Below are positions 40,120-54,540 of a DNA stretch of 64,000 bases, piece by piece. This DNA comes from Eledone cirrhosa (Eukaryota). Every line of letters begins with the position of its first letter. Within the stretch, counting starts at the first letter, position 1. A program made the translations under genes and the position numbers. Below the pieces are notes generated by a model. It saw only the letters and a program-made list of their open reading frames with translations. It was not told where the DNA came from and did not search any database. The DNA lies in NCBI GenBank assembly GCA_964016885.1, contig OZ024753.1, forward strand, positions 27,652,001-27,716,000. Reading direction: 5' to 3'.

Positions 40120-40350
40120 ACAGTCAGCTCGTGACGCCACTGGCCAAGTAATCCCAGTGGAAGGAAGCCACAGTGGAGGAAGACCAAGGAAGACCTGTAT
40201 GGAAGTGGTAAGAGCTGACCTCAGATCGCTAAGGCGGAGAAGATGACAAAGGAACTTGACAAGTGGAGAGATGCTGTACTGAGAAGGAACCGTCCAACCC
40301 ATGCAAGATGGAGCATCAGACGTAAAATGATGATGGTGATGATGAGGATG
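40120..40350 (+). mobile_element. RTE LINE 3' end with a (GAT)n tail
   Basis: VEGSHSGGRPRKT; CCAACCCATGCAAG tail shared with the element at 63060-64000. Confidence 0.6.
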
Positions 40351-40387
<37 letters not shown>

Positions 40388-40401
40388 TTATATATATATA
40401 T

Positions 40402-41272
40402 ATATAATAGAATATAAAAGAAAAGCGAACAGAGATATATAGATATATGTGTTCAAATCGTAAGGGACCTGATTCGCTAAGGTGAAAAGAATATTAACTA
40501 TAGACATTTGGGTTTGCTTGTCTCAATTTAAGAAAAAATTAAGAAAATAAATCAAACCGGAATTATGGTAACTACCAATCACCCAGACAATTGAGACAAG
40601 CGAACCCAAATATCTATAGTTAATATTCTTTTCACCTTAGCAAATCAGGTCCCTTACGATTTGAACACATATATCTATATATCTGTGTTCGCTTTTCTTT
40701 TATATTCTATTATAATATACGGCTCAGAAATATCTTTTCTTAGAGCTATTTTGTTGTAAGAGACTATTTAGAGTTCCTAACTCAATATATACATTTAATA
40801 TATTCTGCTCCGTTAATTTGTTGCGCTATTTCAAATGTCGAGTAAGCCTGGCTGCTATTTCTAGTGGTGTGGGTTTGTGAGACTCGCTAGGATGCCATGT
40901 GCGCTGTTTTATTTTTTATATATAGTATACATGGATGTGTCTAGGATACTAATTCATCACCCACTGATGAGCTTGGATTAGTATTTCTATTCACAATTAA
41001 CTTTGCGAAACAACAAGTTGTCTGGGTGATTGGTAGTTACCACAATTCCGGTTTGTATTTATTTTCTTAATTTCTTCTTAAATTGAGACAAGCGAACCCA
41101 AATGTCTATAGTTAATATTCTTTTCACCTTAGCGAATCAGGTCCCTTACGATTTGAACACATATATCTATATATCTGCGTTCGCTTTTCCTTTATATTCT
41201 ATTATAATATACGGCTCAGAAATATCTTTTCTTAGAGCTATTTTGAGTTCCTAACTCAATATATACATTTAA
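40402..41272 (+). mobile_element. Partial-tandem hammerhead element (about 490-bp period) with an inverted 5' piece
   Basis: 40591-40800 is repeated at 41083-41272; 40402-40590 is the reverse complement of about 41019-41208. Confidence 0.75.
40956..41030 (+). ncRNA. Type I hammerhead ribozyme with a canonical GUC site
   Basis: ATCACCCA-CTGATGA-GC...GC-GAAA-CAACAAGTTG-TC-TGGGTGAT. Confidence 0.88.
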
Positions 41273-43522
41273 TTATATATATATATATGCAAAAGTTTTA
41301 TTTAAGATTGTTGGGTTACAACGAGTAAATATTTTATAACTGATATAAAAGCACTCGACAGTTTCTGGAGTAGGTTTACGATATTAAACAAATGGAAACT
41401 ATATTTATAAAACCATATTTATTTCGTTATATATATTTCTGGGATATCATATTAAAAATATGTTATGCCTTCCTCAGACAAAATACAATACATAAGCTGT
41501 TTTATAAATAATTAGTGACATAGCTTTTGAGAATGCAACTTCCTTTTAAAAAAGTTGATTTGCTAGTGAAACTGTTATGATAGTTATATAGAAAGAAAAC
41601 GAAGATGAGAAGAAGAAGGTGAAGAGATGTATGTAAATAAAAAAGAAGAAGATGAAGAGATGTATGCAAAGAGAAAAGATATGTATGTAAAGAAAAACAA
41701 CGGAGCGAGATAGAGAGACAAGGATAGAGAGAAATACATTGATGGTGAAAAAAAACAACATAGTAGGCTGCATTTTGACAGATGATCATCGTATATGTGA
41801 GAGGTTAAGGGAAGGGATACAGTTAGATTAGTGTATATGAGAAAAAGAAAGAAAGATGATATATTTAAAATATATTAAAAATATATTATGTCTCATCCAT
41901 TTGAATTATCAATTTTTATGAATTAGGCACTATAATGTAAATACCAGTATTCATGAATGAGACACATATCTATAATGTGTAAAAAATGACCACATGCTCA
42001 GTTTAAAAATTCTTAGGTCTATAAGCAAAATCTGAGACAAAACTTCAAACATAAGTATATATGCATTCTCGTGAAAAATGAGAAAAGAGAAGGTTATCTC
42101 AAATTCAAGTTGATAAATAAAGACGCACATGTGAACCTAGGTGATACGCTGCACTGATTCTTATATTTCATGAAAAACTTCAATGTGTCAGAAAAGAAAA
42201 ACTTCAATGCGTTAGAAGAGATTCCACCCTACATACATTTACATACATATATACATATATATAGACACAAAACATATAAGATATACATTAACATCTAAAA
42301 CAATCATCGATCAAGCATAGAGTAGACAACAGATATCAATATTAAAATTAAAAATTAAAAACGCCAAGAATATCTTCGTCACTCCACAGAGTATCTAGGG
42401 ACGCAAGAGAACATAGTATGCCACGCATATTGGTCATAGAATCAGAGTCAAAGCAAACAGGACCAAAATTGCTCACCCAGCCTTATTTATCAGAAATCAT
42501 TCAAAACTTATTCTACAAATGCTCTTATATCTATTATAGAAGTTTATCCAGCTTAAAAATTTATTCAAAAGATTGGGACCAACGCCAATTTTAGGGTAGT
42601 TTATTTAATCTCATTAATTATATATTCATGCGGAAAGGTTTTAAAAAAAAAAAAATTAAAGGCAAAACAAATAACAAATATAAAATTAACAATAAAGTCC
42701 TCAATAGGGAGGAGGCGTTTTTGCGGGTCGCACACATCCCCGAAAAATTGTGCAACCCTTCTCCCCAGGAGCACAGAGAGAGGATGGTCCCTTATTCTTC
42801 CATCTTTTTCACATACAGGCTTATATAGAGAGAAGGCCCATTCACACGGGCCATTCTCGCCACTAAAGAATATGCAAGAGGACAAGAAGATGCACACTCT
42901 GCATAAGTGAAAAATATTGGATTTTACAGAACCTTAAATCACCAAAAACCTGCCTAAATGCAAAAACAGAAATGTTCACCAGTTGCCCACACATGAAATC
43001 ATACTTGCTTTCCAGCTCATATAAACTTAACTCACTTTCAGATACTTATCCTCCATAAACTCTTGTTCTTCACTTTCCTTAAATTATCCTCTTTACAGAC
43101 TTTTCTCTCTGATTTACTTTTATTTTTAACTTTATTTTTATTTTTATTTTTATTTTTATTTTTATTTTTATTTTTATTTTTATTTTTATTTTTATTTTTA
43201 TTTTTATTTTTATTTTTATTTTTATTTTTATTTTTATTTTTACTTCACATCCACCAGTGAACCCCCCCCCCCCAAAAAAAATTTTGATTCACTTACCTAA
43301 TATCTTCACAATTCCACATTTTACTTCCCCATTTTCTTTCACTACCTGATACCAGATGTCACTTGCGTTTTCAACTCCAGATATATTCTGTTGTTTCGCA
43401 GCCGCTTTTATATTTGTACTCATTTATTCATACGGCTGGTTTATAATTTGTATCTATGCGTGTGAGTGTGCATGTGTGTGTATGCGTTCTGTATATGTAT
43501 ACGAACGCCTCAGTATGTGTGC

Positions 43523-43568
<46 letters not shown>

Positions 43569-44440
43569 ATGTGTGTTTTTATATCTATGTTTTTTACATA
43601 CTTATATATACGTGTGTGTGTGTGTATGGGTGAATGTATGTGTATATGTATGTATATGTATGTATATATATATATATGTATGTGTATGTATGTGTGTATA
43701 TGTATGTATATATATAGTCGCGTACGTACGTGTGATTAGATATACATGTGCCAATATATATATACATGTGCTTCGTGTGTATGTATGCGCGCCTCTGTAT
43801 GTACGTATGTATGTGCTTTTGTCTGTACGTATTTATATATATATATTTTTATATATATATGTGTGTGTACGCACGAACCTATGTTTGTTTTCTTTTTTTC
43901 TAGTGTTAATTTATAATTGATAACCCCTCCCTCTTACTTTCTCTTTGATTTAAAACATTTTTTCATTCTCATATATTGTTTCATTTTTATACATGTATCG
44001 AGCCTCAGACTGACACTCCTTTGACTAATACACTCCCCTCCCTGTATATCATTCGCATATATGTGATTGCGCGTGTGTGTGTGTTTATACGCGTGCTTTT
44101 ATACTTGTATGTGTGTATATTTCATTTCTTAATACCGGAATCTGGATGTTTGTTAACTATATTATCTTACAATTTCTTTTTCAACTTATATTATATACGT
44201 ATGTGTGGTCACACAGATACTCTGATATGCTTGTCCTCATATTTTCACTATACACATGCATTTGTACATACACACATATGTACATTTGTGAGTGAATATG
44301 CACACATTTATACACGTACCCTAACTATATTTCCTTATTTTTTTATATATCTCTTGCATTACTTTTATTTATATATTTTTTTGCCCGTTCAACTTTTGCC
44401 TTTCTTGAGGAGATTTTTCAAATATTTCACTATGTTTTAA

Positions 44441-44516
44441 ATTGCCTTGTCCGATGAACGAATGAGGACGTTTTCTGTATTCGTCTTATTCGGGAAACCT
44501 CTGGTAATGAGGTAAT
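44441..44516 (+). ncRNA. Type I hammerhead with core variant CCGATGA
   Basis: ATTGCCTTGT-CCGATGA-ACGAATGAGGACG..CGTCTTATTCGG-GAAA-CCTCTGG-TA-ATGAGGTAAT. Confidence 0.7.
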
Positions 44517-44566
44517 TATATTGTATTGTTTATTATACATTATATATATATATAAATGAAAATATA

Positions 44567-44600
<34 letters not shown>

Positions 44601-44781
44601 CAAAGGAATTGTGGTAAGGAACCAGATGGACCATAACGCACCAGAGTACTCAATACTTAGGGTAGTAGAGTGGGAAATAGGAAAAAAGTATGAGCCCGGC
44701 GGCAGAACTCAAGCCGTTTATTTGAGTCCAGAAATAGTCGTCGAATCGGCTTGAGCTCTGCCGTCGTGGTCATACTTTTTC

Positions 44782-44820
<39 letters not shown>

Positions 44821-44983
44821 TACACACAAAAAAAAATTAAAATGTATATACAAAAGCACACTCTTGTACATCCGAGGATATGCAAGAGACGAAAGATTTA
44901 ATGATTTAAAAAAATGTATACATAAACGTTTTCCCCCATAACCTTACGTTCTATTTTTAGCCATTATTTTATTTTATATTATA

Positions 44984-46058
44984 CTAGCAGAGGTACCCGG
45001 CGTTGCTCGGGTATTAAATAGCAGTTGTGTATACCATTTATGTCAATACTTCAGTGCTACTTCGAAAACTATACTTTTACAAAATCATCAGCTTTTTCCA
45101 AAAGAGGGTTCCTGCCCCCAGGGGTCCCCTACTCAATATATACCAATTCTGAGAGTTCACATTCATCTATAGGACAAACGTAGCCCATGTGACAAGTTTT
45201 GTGAAAATCGGTTGCGAACTCCAGAAGTTATGACGTTTTGTTGCATTGCACTGCAGTTCTTCAGTCCACTCCAAGGAAGTGATTAAAGGGGGTTATCTGC
45301 CGGGAGGCCCTATAATGAATATCTGTAAAAATGAAAGTGCCCATGGCCATCCGGAGTACATAAGTAACCTATGTCTTAAGTTTGGTGAAAATACTGTAGA
45401 AATGCATAAGGTTTACACACGCGCGCGCTCGTGTGTGTGTGTGTGTTTGTGTGTGTGTGTGGGGGGGGGGTACGTATTTGCGTGTGCGTATGTATGTGTA
45501 TGTCCGTCGGAGCATACGCATGTACTGGCCTAAATCTTGACTATTTACTTTTACTATTTTAATAACCGCTGTCATTTTCGTTTTCAATTTTATTTACATC
45601 ATTCTTAAACTCCGGAGCTGGAAATCATTCTGTTATGTTAAATAGAATATTAGTCTAACGACTCGATTTATACCATAAACTTACTCTTGTCTTTGCATGA
45701 AATTGTTCTTTCCCGCTCCACATAACGACGTATTATCCTCGTTTTTTTCCGTTCATTGCCAGGGAACGTCTTCACGAACCAAAATATCGTCTTCCTGTTT
45801 TCGTTCGGTTGGAACGTTTCTCGAAATATTTACTTCTGCGTTCACAGATTACTCTCAGTTCAATTTGAATGGGAAATTCCTGTTTCATCGATTTTCTCCG
45901 TAACCATTGAAGTTAAAAGTCGACCCAACGCTTCCTCGGGTCATTCTGCATAACTGTGTAAATTTTAGCTGCATTCCACCAAGCCGTTTCGACGTTTATC
46001 CGACTACACCTACTTACTTGAATATACAACGTCCGACCACTTCCACTTTTATAGTAGA
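44984..46058 (-). mobile_element. Non-autonomous Helitron
   Basis: Minus-strand 3' end CCCGAGCAACGCCGGG...CTAG|T, same hairpin as at 3065; putative 5' end TCTACTATAAAAG. Confidence 0.65.
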
Positions 46059-46842
46059 TATATCAGCCTCGTTTTAGACTTTGTTTTTAAATTCATATCT
46101 TACGTCCATATTAAATTTTTTTTATTCTGATGAGCGATTTCAGACGTTTGTGTCGAGCTCGTCTGTCTTCGTGAAACCTTTGGTAAATGGAATAATTGTC
46201 TTATGTTGTTTATTACATAATTACGTGGTAAACTTGTCTGTACACATACCCATGGAAATATAGTATGTAAAAGGAAACTTATAAGGTGTGATTAGGGTTT
46301 GATGACTTGGTGTTGTGGTTCTTCCTTCTAATAATAGCTCATATAATGTGTACTAAATAAATGATCATAAAGTGTGTATACACATACAGTAGCAGGTGGG
46401 CATCTATCGATATTTAATTGCCTCCACAAACCAGGAACCACGACCATTGCTATTTTCATCTACATATATAAAAAGACAATAACTGGCCAAAGGCGTTTAA
46501 CGCCATGGGCGCTTAAAATCTGGCGGAGCCCATACATCACCAGGTCAGAACGCAGTTAATCTTTTCCAGAGGAAGAAACAATGGGAGAGACGGAGGGAGG
46601 AAGACTTTACCCTAGTACTCGACTTGTAATTTATTTATCAACCTCGAAAGGGGGTGGAAGGCAAGTTTTAACTTGGAACGTAATGAACCGGAACAAACCC
46701 AAGCCATTTTTAATCCGTCACTCTAACGACTCTGCCAATTCGCCGTCTTATCTACACATGTAATATAGGAATAATTTTAATAAAAAACACACAATTTTCA
46801 TATTATACACCTAGATATATATATTTGTTCATCTTATTTCAG

Positions 46843-46986
46843 AACTACTATGGTGATGCTGATGGGAAACTGAAGAAAGAAGACCCCAGTAAATGGCATC
46901 TAATGTATTTCAATGAAACTGATACGAAGACAATATTGACGTTCTCTAGAAAAATCTCTGGACCAAATATGATGATAAACATTACA
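46843..46986 (+). CDS. MOXD1: MOXD1-like B exon 2
   Basis: 3 nt differences from A exon 2. Confidence 0.88.
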
Positions 46987-48160
46987 GTAAGTATTATATT
47001 TTATACAAATATATAAGCCAAAGGCATGGCTTAAAATGAATTATGTATGTGTTGATATACTGAATAATGAGAATGGAAACCAAAATCTATGGAAAATTCG
47101 TTAGCAACACAAAACTAAAAGTATGGGTAATTTCTAGAAATAATTTTATGAAAATTTAAGGTTCATGCTTCAGCCCACTATTAAAGATCCCATTTCATCT
47201 CCAATTTGAGAAGTACCTTTTTAATGTGGTATATATTGTCTATTTTATGAATAAAAAATTAAAAAACAAATCTATTTCAAATAACAACAACAACACTACA
47301 GGTATTTAAAAACGGAAATTGAAGAGAAACGCAAGGGCTCTGGGGTCACAGAAGAATGGGAAGGTGAGGGGCTGTAGGCCTAGTGCGCGTCGGTGTTGGG
47401 GCTGCGCCCCGCGGACAATACCGCAAAACCATTTCCGCGGAAATTAGTTTTTAATTTCTTGGTAATGTCAGGTTTCCTACTATTTCTTTTCATTTGTGGA
47501 TTGTTCCCCAGTCGCTGGGCCTCCATTCTATTTGGTACTATTCTATCTTGATAATATTTTCCTTCTAATTTCTGAGTTATTACTGATTAATTATACGAGT
47601 TAGTTTACTATCCTCAACAAACTGACACATTTCAATCCATGAAGCATTCTGCGTACGACAATCAGTGCATCCAAACCAACGTGTATTTAAATTTCATTCC
47701 TTATTGCAAGAACATACCATAAATGATTAATTTCTGTTATATTTCTGCTGCATGATTTCAAGTATCTGTATTGCGTACTTTTTCTTTTATTGCTGTTTTA
47801 TTTATAATTTAATAGAATCTATAGTGCATCGAACAACATATATCTTGGTGTTTAGTTACAGCCTTTTGCTTTCTCACATGCCGTTCCATTTTTGATACTT
47901 TATTTGAAATATATTTCAAATGCTATTTTATTTCTTGCGTTTCGAGTGATGGTAGAAACAAGACTTAGAAGCTATTTTTACCGGGCGAACTACCGCAAGT
48001 TCTCGTACGTTAAAATTGTTGTCCACGTTGATTTTGATGTGGTTTATTTTGATGTTATTAATGTAATGGTGCTGTTGATGGGGTTGTTGTTGTTGTTGTT
48101 GCTACTGCTAGTGGTAGCAATGATGACGATGATGATGAGTTTTTTTTTTGTCTTTTGCAG

Positions 48161-48319
48161 CAAAACACAATGAGAGTCCTGTGGGGCTGTAGCGAGAAAG
48201 ATGTTATAAGTGTCAATTTCAAATCGAATGGCGTAAGAAGTCTGTATCTGCTTCAAGTAAAACTGCCCGATCCCGTTAAGACGAACGATACAATGGACAT
48301 AGGATTTAGAATGAATAAT
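48161..48319 (+). CDS. MOXD1: MOXD1-like B exon 3
   Basis: QNTMRVLWG...; AG/GT ends. Confidence 0.88.
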
Positions 48320-48659
48320 GTAAGAAGATTTTATTATCTCTTTGTTGTACATATTCCAAATCAGGTTGCGTTCTTGATCAAAGCACTTCATTTCACGTTG
48401 CTCGAGTTCACGCAGCTTAAAATGAATACCAGTAGCAACTGGGAGTTCATATTTCCACGGTCTGTACTCCCAGTCTCTTAACACTCATGGAAACGGGATA
48501 AGCTCTACACTTCATCCAACCCTTGCAAACATGAAAACACGAACGCAAAACTCTAGTTCTAACTCTAGTACTGATCCTTTCTGCAATGTTATTGTAGACG
48601 TTATTGTAAATGTATATATATATATAGTTTTCTTCATCGTCTACAATAGCATTGTAGAC

Positions 48660-48720
<61 letters not shown>

Positions 48721-49716
48721 CCATGAACGGAGAAAGCTATTAGCGATACTCCGACCAATTTCCAACTCACTCAACAAACATTAGGAAATACCGGAGTATA
48801 TTCCCAATTAAACGTTTGGGGTGCTAACTATATTTTATTGTGTGGATAATTGGCTGTATTATTTTATATGAGATATATTAAAGATCTCATTCCCCAAACG
48901 ATCGTTTTATTATAAGATTTCTACATGGTGGGTGAAATTATACCAAGTTATGTAGAAGTTTGTGTAAGATCAATGGATTCTTATGCAAATGGGCATAAAT
49001 CTTATAAATCTTATAAATCTTCAGTGGGTGCCCAATAATAACTAAATCAACATCAATATTTAGCGATAAACACCATCAGTGCTAGAAGGAACTGTTAGGT
49101 TGTAAGTGCAGCAGCTCTAAAGAAAATCTCACACTGTCCCCAAAATGGGAGGGGGAGGCTACCGTGAAAAATAATATACACGTAGGTCATTGAACTCTGA
49201 CAAGAATTCAAGCCTCGTGCGAAGAACTCAATTGGATATGAAAAAATAAATATATGTGGGCACTGATTAAGGACACATAGAGATATTTCTCAGACAAAAT
49301 AACAGATATGAGATACAGAAACAAACAATCAATATTCATTAAAAAAAATAAACAAAGAGAGTCATACCTTATATCGGGAAAGTTCATGTCTGATGTAATA
49401 TATATAATTTATTATACTTATTGACCAACCAATCAAATTACTTCTTCAAAAACCTGGCGTTTCGAGCCACTTTTTTCTATACAATACAAGTAACATTCAA
49501 AGACCAACCAGATGTGAGAAAAACCACAGACCCTCCATCTCAACTCTACTTTTGAAAAGCAGAAGAACTGCGAAACCGGTAAAGGAACCAAATAAATATA
49601 TATATATTTTTTTAAATAACCACTCCAGTTGCATCTTCGATTTCATCTTTTTTTCTTTATACTTTCGCTCGTGTAGGACACCTCGATTATTTTTCATTTT
49701 GGAAAAAAAACCTCAC

Positions 49717-49773
<57 letters not shown>

Positions 49774-49830
49774 GTATATTATATATATATATATATATAT
49801 GTATATTATATATATATATGTATATATATG

Positions 49831-49973
<143 letters not shown>

Positions 49974-50051
49974 TCCTAACTAAACTATTTTTCACTGTGA
50001 ACAATTTGTCAGCATTTTCTTTTCCGTTTACCAATATATATATATGTATAA

Positions 50052-50090
<39 letters not shown>

Positions 50091-50115
50091 TATACATATA
50101 TATATATAATATACA

Positions 50116-50166
<51 letters not shown>

Positions 50167-50206
50167 GAAACATAAGTCAATTGCATGAACTTATAATCCT
50201 TTATTT

Positions 50207-50262
50207 ACTGCTATATATATATCGATGATAGTCATTGAATGGCTATGACCTCATCAGGCAGT
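50207..50262 (-). ncRNA. Type I hammerhead with a GAAA>GATA change (probably inactive)
   Basis: Minus strand: ACTGC-CTGATGA-stem II-GATA-TATATA-TA-GCAGT. Confidence 0.55.
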
Positions 50263-50447
50263 TAGTCAGTTCTTAGATATGCCAGCTCTGTGTTTATAGT
50301 GTTGATGGTATCAGAGCCTTGGGACATATATATATATATATATATATATATGTGTAATATATATATATATATTATATATACATATATATTTATATATATA
50401 TACATACACACACACACACACACACACACATAAACATATATATATAT

Positions 50448-51270
50448 GAAAAAAGTTTGTCCTTCTTCAGTGATCTTCCAACTATCATAGGCATTTCATC
50501 GCTTTAAAGACCATATACCTCCGGTTGGTGCGAGCAACGGCTAAAAAAAGTCGTTGGGACACGTAAATAAAGGGGACGCGAGGGTAAACAAACAAAATGG
50601 TGAGGCAACAGAAAGTGAGGAAGAAGGAGACAAGTCCCAGATTTCTATGAATTTAAGTTCGGTGAAATCGTGAACGAGAGAATAAAGACCATCAAACCTG
50701 GTTGAAATGTGAGCAAGGAAGGAATTTCGCACAGGTCTAACGGGAGGAAGAAGGGGTCTAGTCTGCGAATTCGGTAAACATAAGTTCTGTGAAATCGTAG
50801 ACGAGAGAGAAAAAATTCCGACCAGCTTGGCCGAGAATGTGAGAGAAAAGAGTTACTCACAGGTCAAACGGGAAGAAAGAGGAGGAGGAGGAGGAGAGGT
50901 AGTGACAGAGAATGAGTGAGTGAAGGGTGAGGTGAGGAAGAGGCTAACAGAGAGAGAGACTGCTAGAAAGGGTAAAGATACATAGAACGAAAAAGACGGT
51001 GTAGCAGCAGAGGAAAAAATATGTGTAAATATGATAATAAGGGCGCTGCGGAGTTGCAAATGGGTTACATATGAAAAAAGTTTGTCCTTCATCAGTGATC
51101 TTCCAACTATCATAGGCATTTCATCGCTTTAAAGACCATATACCTCCGGTTGGTGCGAGCAACGGCTAAAAAAAGTCGTTGGGACACGTAAATAAAGGGG
51201 ACGCGAGGGTAAACAAACAAAATGGTGAGGCAACAGAAAGTGAGGAAGAAGGAGACAAGTCCCAGATTTC
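50448..51270. repeat. About 200-bp direct repeat (50448-50646 and 51071-51270) between (TA)n tracts
   Basis: Near-identical copies about 624 bp apart. Confidence 0.85.
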
Positions 51271-51542
51271 CCTTATTAACATATATATATATATATATAT
51301 ACATATATATATACATATATATACATATATATATATATACATATATATATACATATACATATACATATATATATACATATGTATATATATATATATATAT
51401 ATGTGTATATATATATATGTGTATATATATGTATATATATATGTATATATATATGTATATATATATGTATATATATATATGTATATATATATATGTATAT
51501 ATATATGTATATATATGTATATATATATGTATATATATATAA

Positions 51543-51692
<150 letters not shown>

Positions 51693-51896
51693 TTAAGGGT
51701 ACTATTTATGGTTATGTATGCAATAAAACCTTTAATGGTAATATATTATATATACACAAACCCTAAATAGTGAGAGATAGTCATTAATTACTATCCTATT
51801 ACCAGTAAGATAAATAGCTCAATGTAATAACATCAGTTGTTTTACAGAGCAGTTATATAGAGATTACATAATCAAAGTTCAGTTTAAGTCATTTAT

Positions 51897-51945
51897 TTGC
51901 TTACAATTGTTTCATCCAAACCGAGGTTTGGATTCTTCGGAGCAA
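51897..51945 (-). ncRNA. Type I hammerhead with core variant CCGAAGA
   Basis: Minus strand: TTGCT-CCGAAGA-ATCCAAACC..GGTTTGGAT-GAAA-CAATTG-TA-AGCAA. Confidence 0.65.
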
Positions 51946-52838
51946 CTATTTACTGATCTATAACATACTTGACCTCCTTTTCAACCCAAGAGACACATAA
52001 AACATATGCGCATATTGATCAACAGTGGGGTGACATTCATCAAATGATATAGCATGGCAATTTACATATAAAGGTTACAGGATAAAAATAAAATAAAAAC
52101 AAGAGTGAAAATAAGAGTGAAAATAAAGATAAACATGAAGCGTTGGCAGTCTATGAAGATAAAGCAAGAGGAAAGCTTAGAGTAGTCAGTGTATGAAACA
52201 ATCTCCCGTGTAGCATGCACGCGTGTCTTATTTATACATGATTAGAGTGCGTCAGAATGATATTTGCAGAGTCAGGCAGTTGAAGCAGGCAATCGATCTT
52301 ATTATGTAGGCTGAATTATTAAGTCATTTATTCTCATACACCTGTATGATATACAGTCTCGGATGCGGGGAAACACCAAAATATCAAAAACTTTCAACAT
52401 ACTATAAACCTTATTGTATCGTAGGCAAGGCCGTACCACTGTCCTTGCTCACACCACCACTCACATAATCCATGAGACGCAATATATATATAGAGAACAC
52501 GCGTCTATCGTATAATTCGCGGTGGTTCAGCATATAGTCAAGCTATAAACCGTATCCAGTCGGTTCTTAATTAATATATCATGCTGTCCAGATTCCGGAA
52601 GTGCCTGAATGACTAAGGGGAATTAATGCGTAAGGGGAGGTAACTAGCTAGTTATCTTAGTTACATTACTATCCTAAACTACATTAATGGTGATTCAAAT
52701 ACGTGCCTATCATGTGAAGTTATAACTAATATCTAGAGTATGTTACCCATTTATAGGTTAGAGAGTTGTCCATTAAGAAGTACAAGGGTAAACTGATGCG
52801 TGCATATATGTATGTGTACCTGCGTGCATGTATGTATA

Positions 52839-52907
<69 letters not shown>

Positions 52908-53146
52908 GTGCATGCTACTGTACGTCTGTATACATATATGTATGTACGTATACATACATACTTACATTTAAGTAAGTGCCATACTAAGAGTGAGAAATGA
53001 AATTTCGTTTTCATTTTTTTCAACTTATCGTTTTCGGTATGCCTGACCGATTTAACTCACTCAATATGCAAATTAGGCTGCTCAGCCGTTAATTTTCATA
53101 AGGAAAGTATATACTTTCGAACGTTCAACTATCTGGCAGATGGGTA

Positions 53147-53191
53147 AACGGTGCTGATGATAGCTAACAAGCTTGAAACTAGTACATCGTT
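53147..53191 (+). ncRNA. Minimal type I hammerhead ribozyme, monomer 1
   Basis: AACGGTG-CTGATGA-TAGCTAACAAGCTT-GAAA-CTAG-TA-CATCGTT. Confidence 0.85.
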
Positions 53192-53360
53192 CCTGTGTCA
53201 GTGTTGAACAAAAAGGTGACGTGGTTGCCTTAACACCGTATGGCATAAATTCAGGCTGTTCTGTTTGTTGACAAACAAACGAACAAAGCTGCGTTATAAT
53301 AAACGTCGGCTAAACTGATGCGTGCATATATGTATGTGTACCTGTGTGCATGTATGTATA

Positions 53361-53455
<95 letters not shown>

Positions 53456-53694
53456 GTGCATGCTACTGTACGTCTGTATACATATATGTATGTACGTATA
53501 CATACATAGTTACATTTAAGTAAGTGCCATACTAAGAGTGAGAAATGAAATTTCGTTTTCATTTTTTTCAACTTATCGTTTTCGGTATGCCTGACCGATT
53601 TAACTCACTCAACATGCAAATTAGGCTGCTCAGCCGTTAATTTTCATAAGGAAAGTATATACTTTCGAACGTTCAACTATCTGGCAGATGGGTA

Positions 53695-53739
53695 AACGGT
53701 GCTGATGATAGCTAACAAGCTTGAAACTAGTACATCGTT
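53695..53739 (+). ncRNA. Minimal type I hammerhead ribozyme, monomer 2
   Basis: Identical to 53147-53191. Confidence 0.85.
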
Positions 53740-53908
53740 CCTGTGTCAGTGTTGAACAAAAAGGTGACGTGGTTGCCTTAACACCGTATGGCATAAATTC
53801 AGGCTGTTCTGTTTGTTGACAAACAAACGAACAAAGCTGCGTTATAATAAACGTCGGCTAAACTGATGCGTGCATATATGTATGTATACCTGTGTGCATG
53901 TATGTATA

Positions 53909-53999
<91 letters not shown>

Positions 54000-54238
54000 G
54001 TGCATGCTACTGTACGTCTGTATACATATATGTATGTACGTATACATACATACTTACATTTAAGTAAGTGCCATACTAAGAGTGAGAAATGAAATTTCGT
54101 TTTCATTTTTTTCAACTTATCGTTTTCGGTATGCCTGACCGATTTAACTCACTCAACATGCAAATTAGGCTGCTCAGCCGTTAATTTTCATAAGGAAAGT
54201 ATATACTTTCGAACGTTCAACTATCTGGCAGATGGGTA

Positions 54239-54283
54239 AACGGTGCTGATGATAGCTAACAAGCTTGAAACTAGTACATCGTT
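54239..54283 (+). ncRNA. Minimal type I hammerhead ribozyme, monomer 3
   Basis: Identical to 53147-53191. Confidence 0.85.
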
Positions 54284-54456
54284 CCTGTGTCAGTATTGAA
54301 CAAAAAGGTGACGTGGTTGCCTTAACACCGTATGGCATAAATTCAGGCTGTTCTGTTTGTTGACAAACAAACGAACAAAGCTGCGTTATAATAAACGTCG
54401 GCTAAACTGATGCGTGCATATATGTATGTGTACCTGTGTGCATGTATGTATATATA

Positions 54457-54487
<31 letters not shown>

Positions 54488-54540
54488 GCATGCTACTGTA
54501 CGTCTGTATACATATATGTATGTACGTATACATACATACT

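Noticed and set aside
46081-46763. Short + strand ORFs upstream of B exon 2 as a replacement exon 1
   Set aside because: No signal-peptide plus DOMON similarity and no convincing in-phase donor
51071-51140. Minus-strand CTGATGA near GAAA as a type II hammerhead in the 624-bp-period repeat
   Set aside because: I could not build convincing stems II and III adjacent to the core, so it is kept only as a direct repeat
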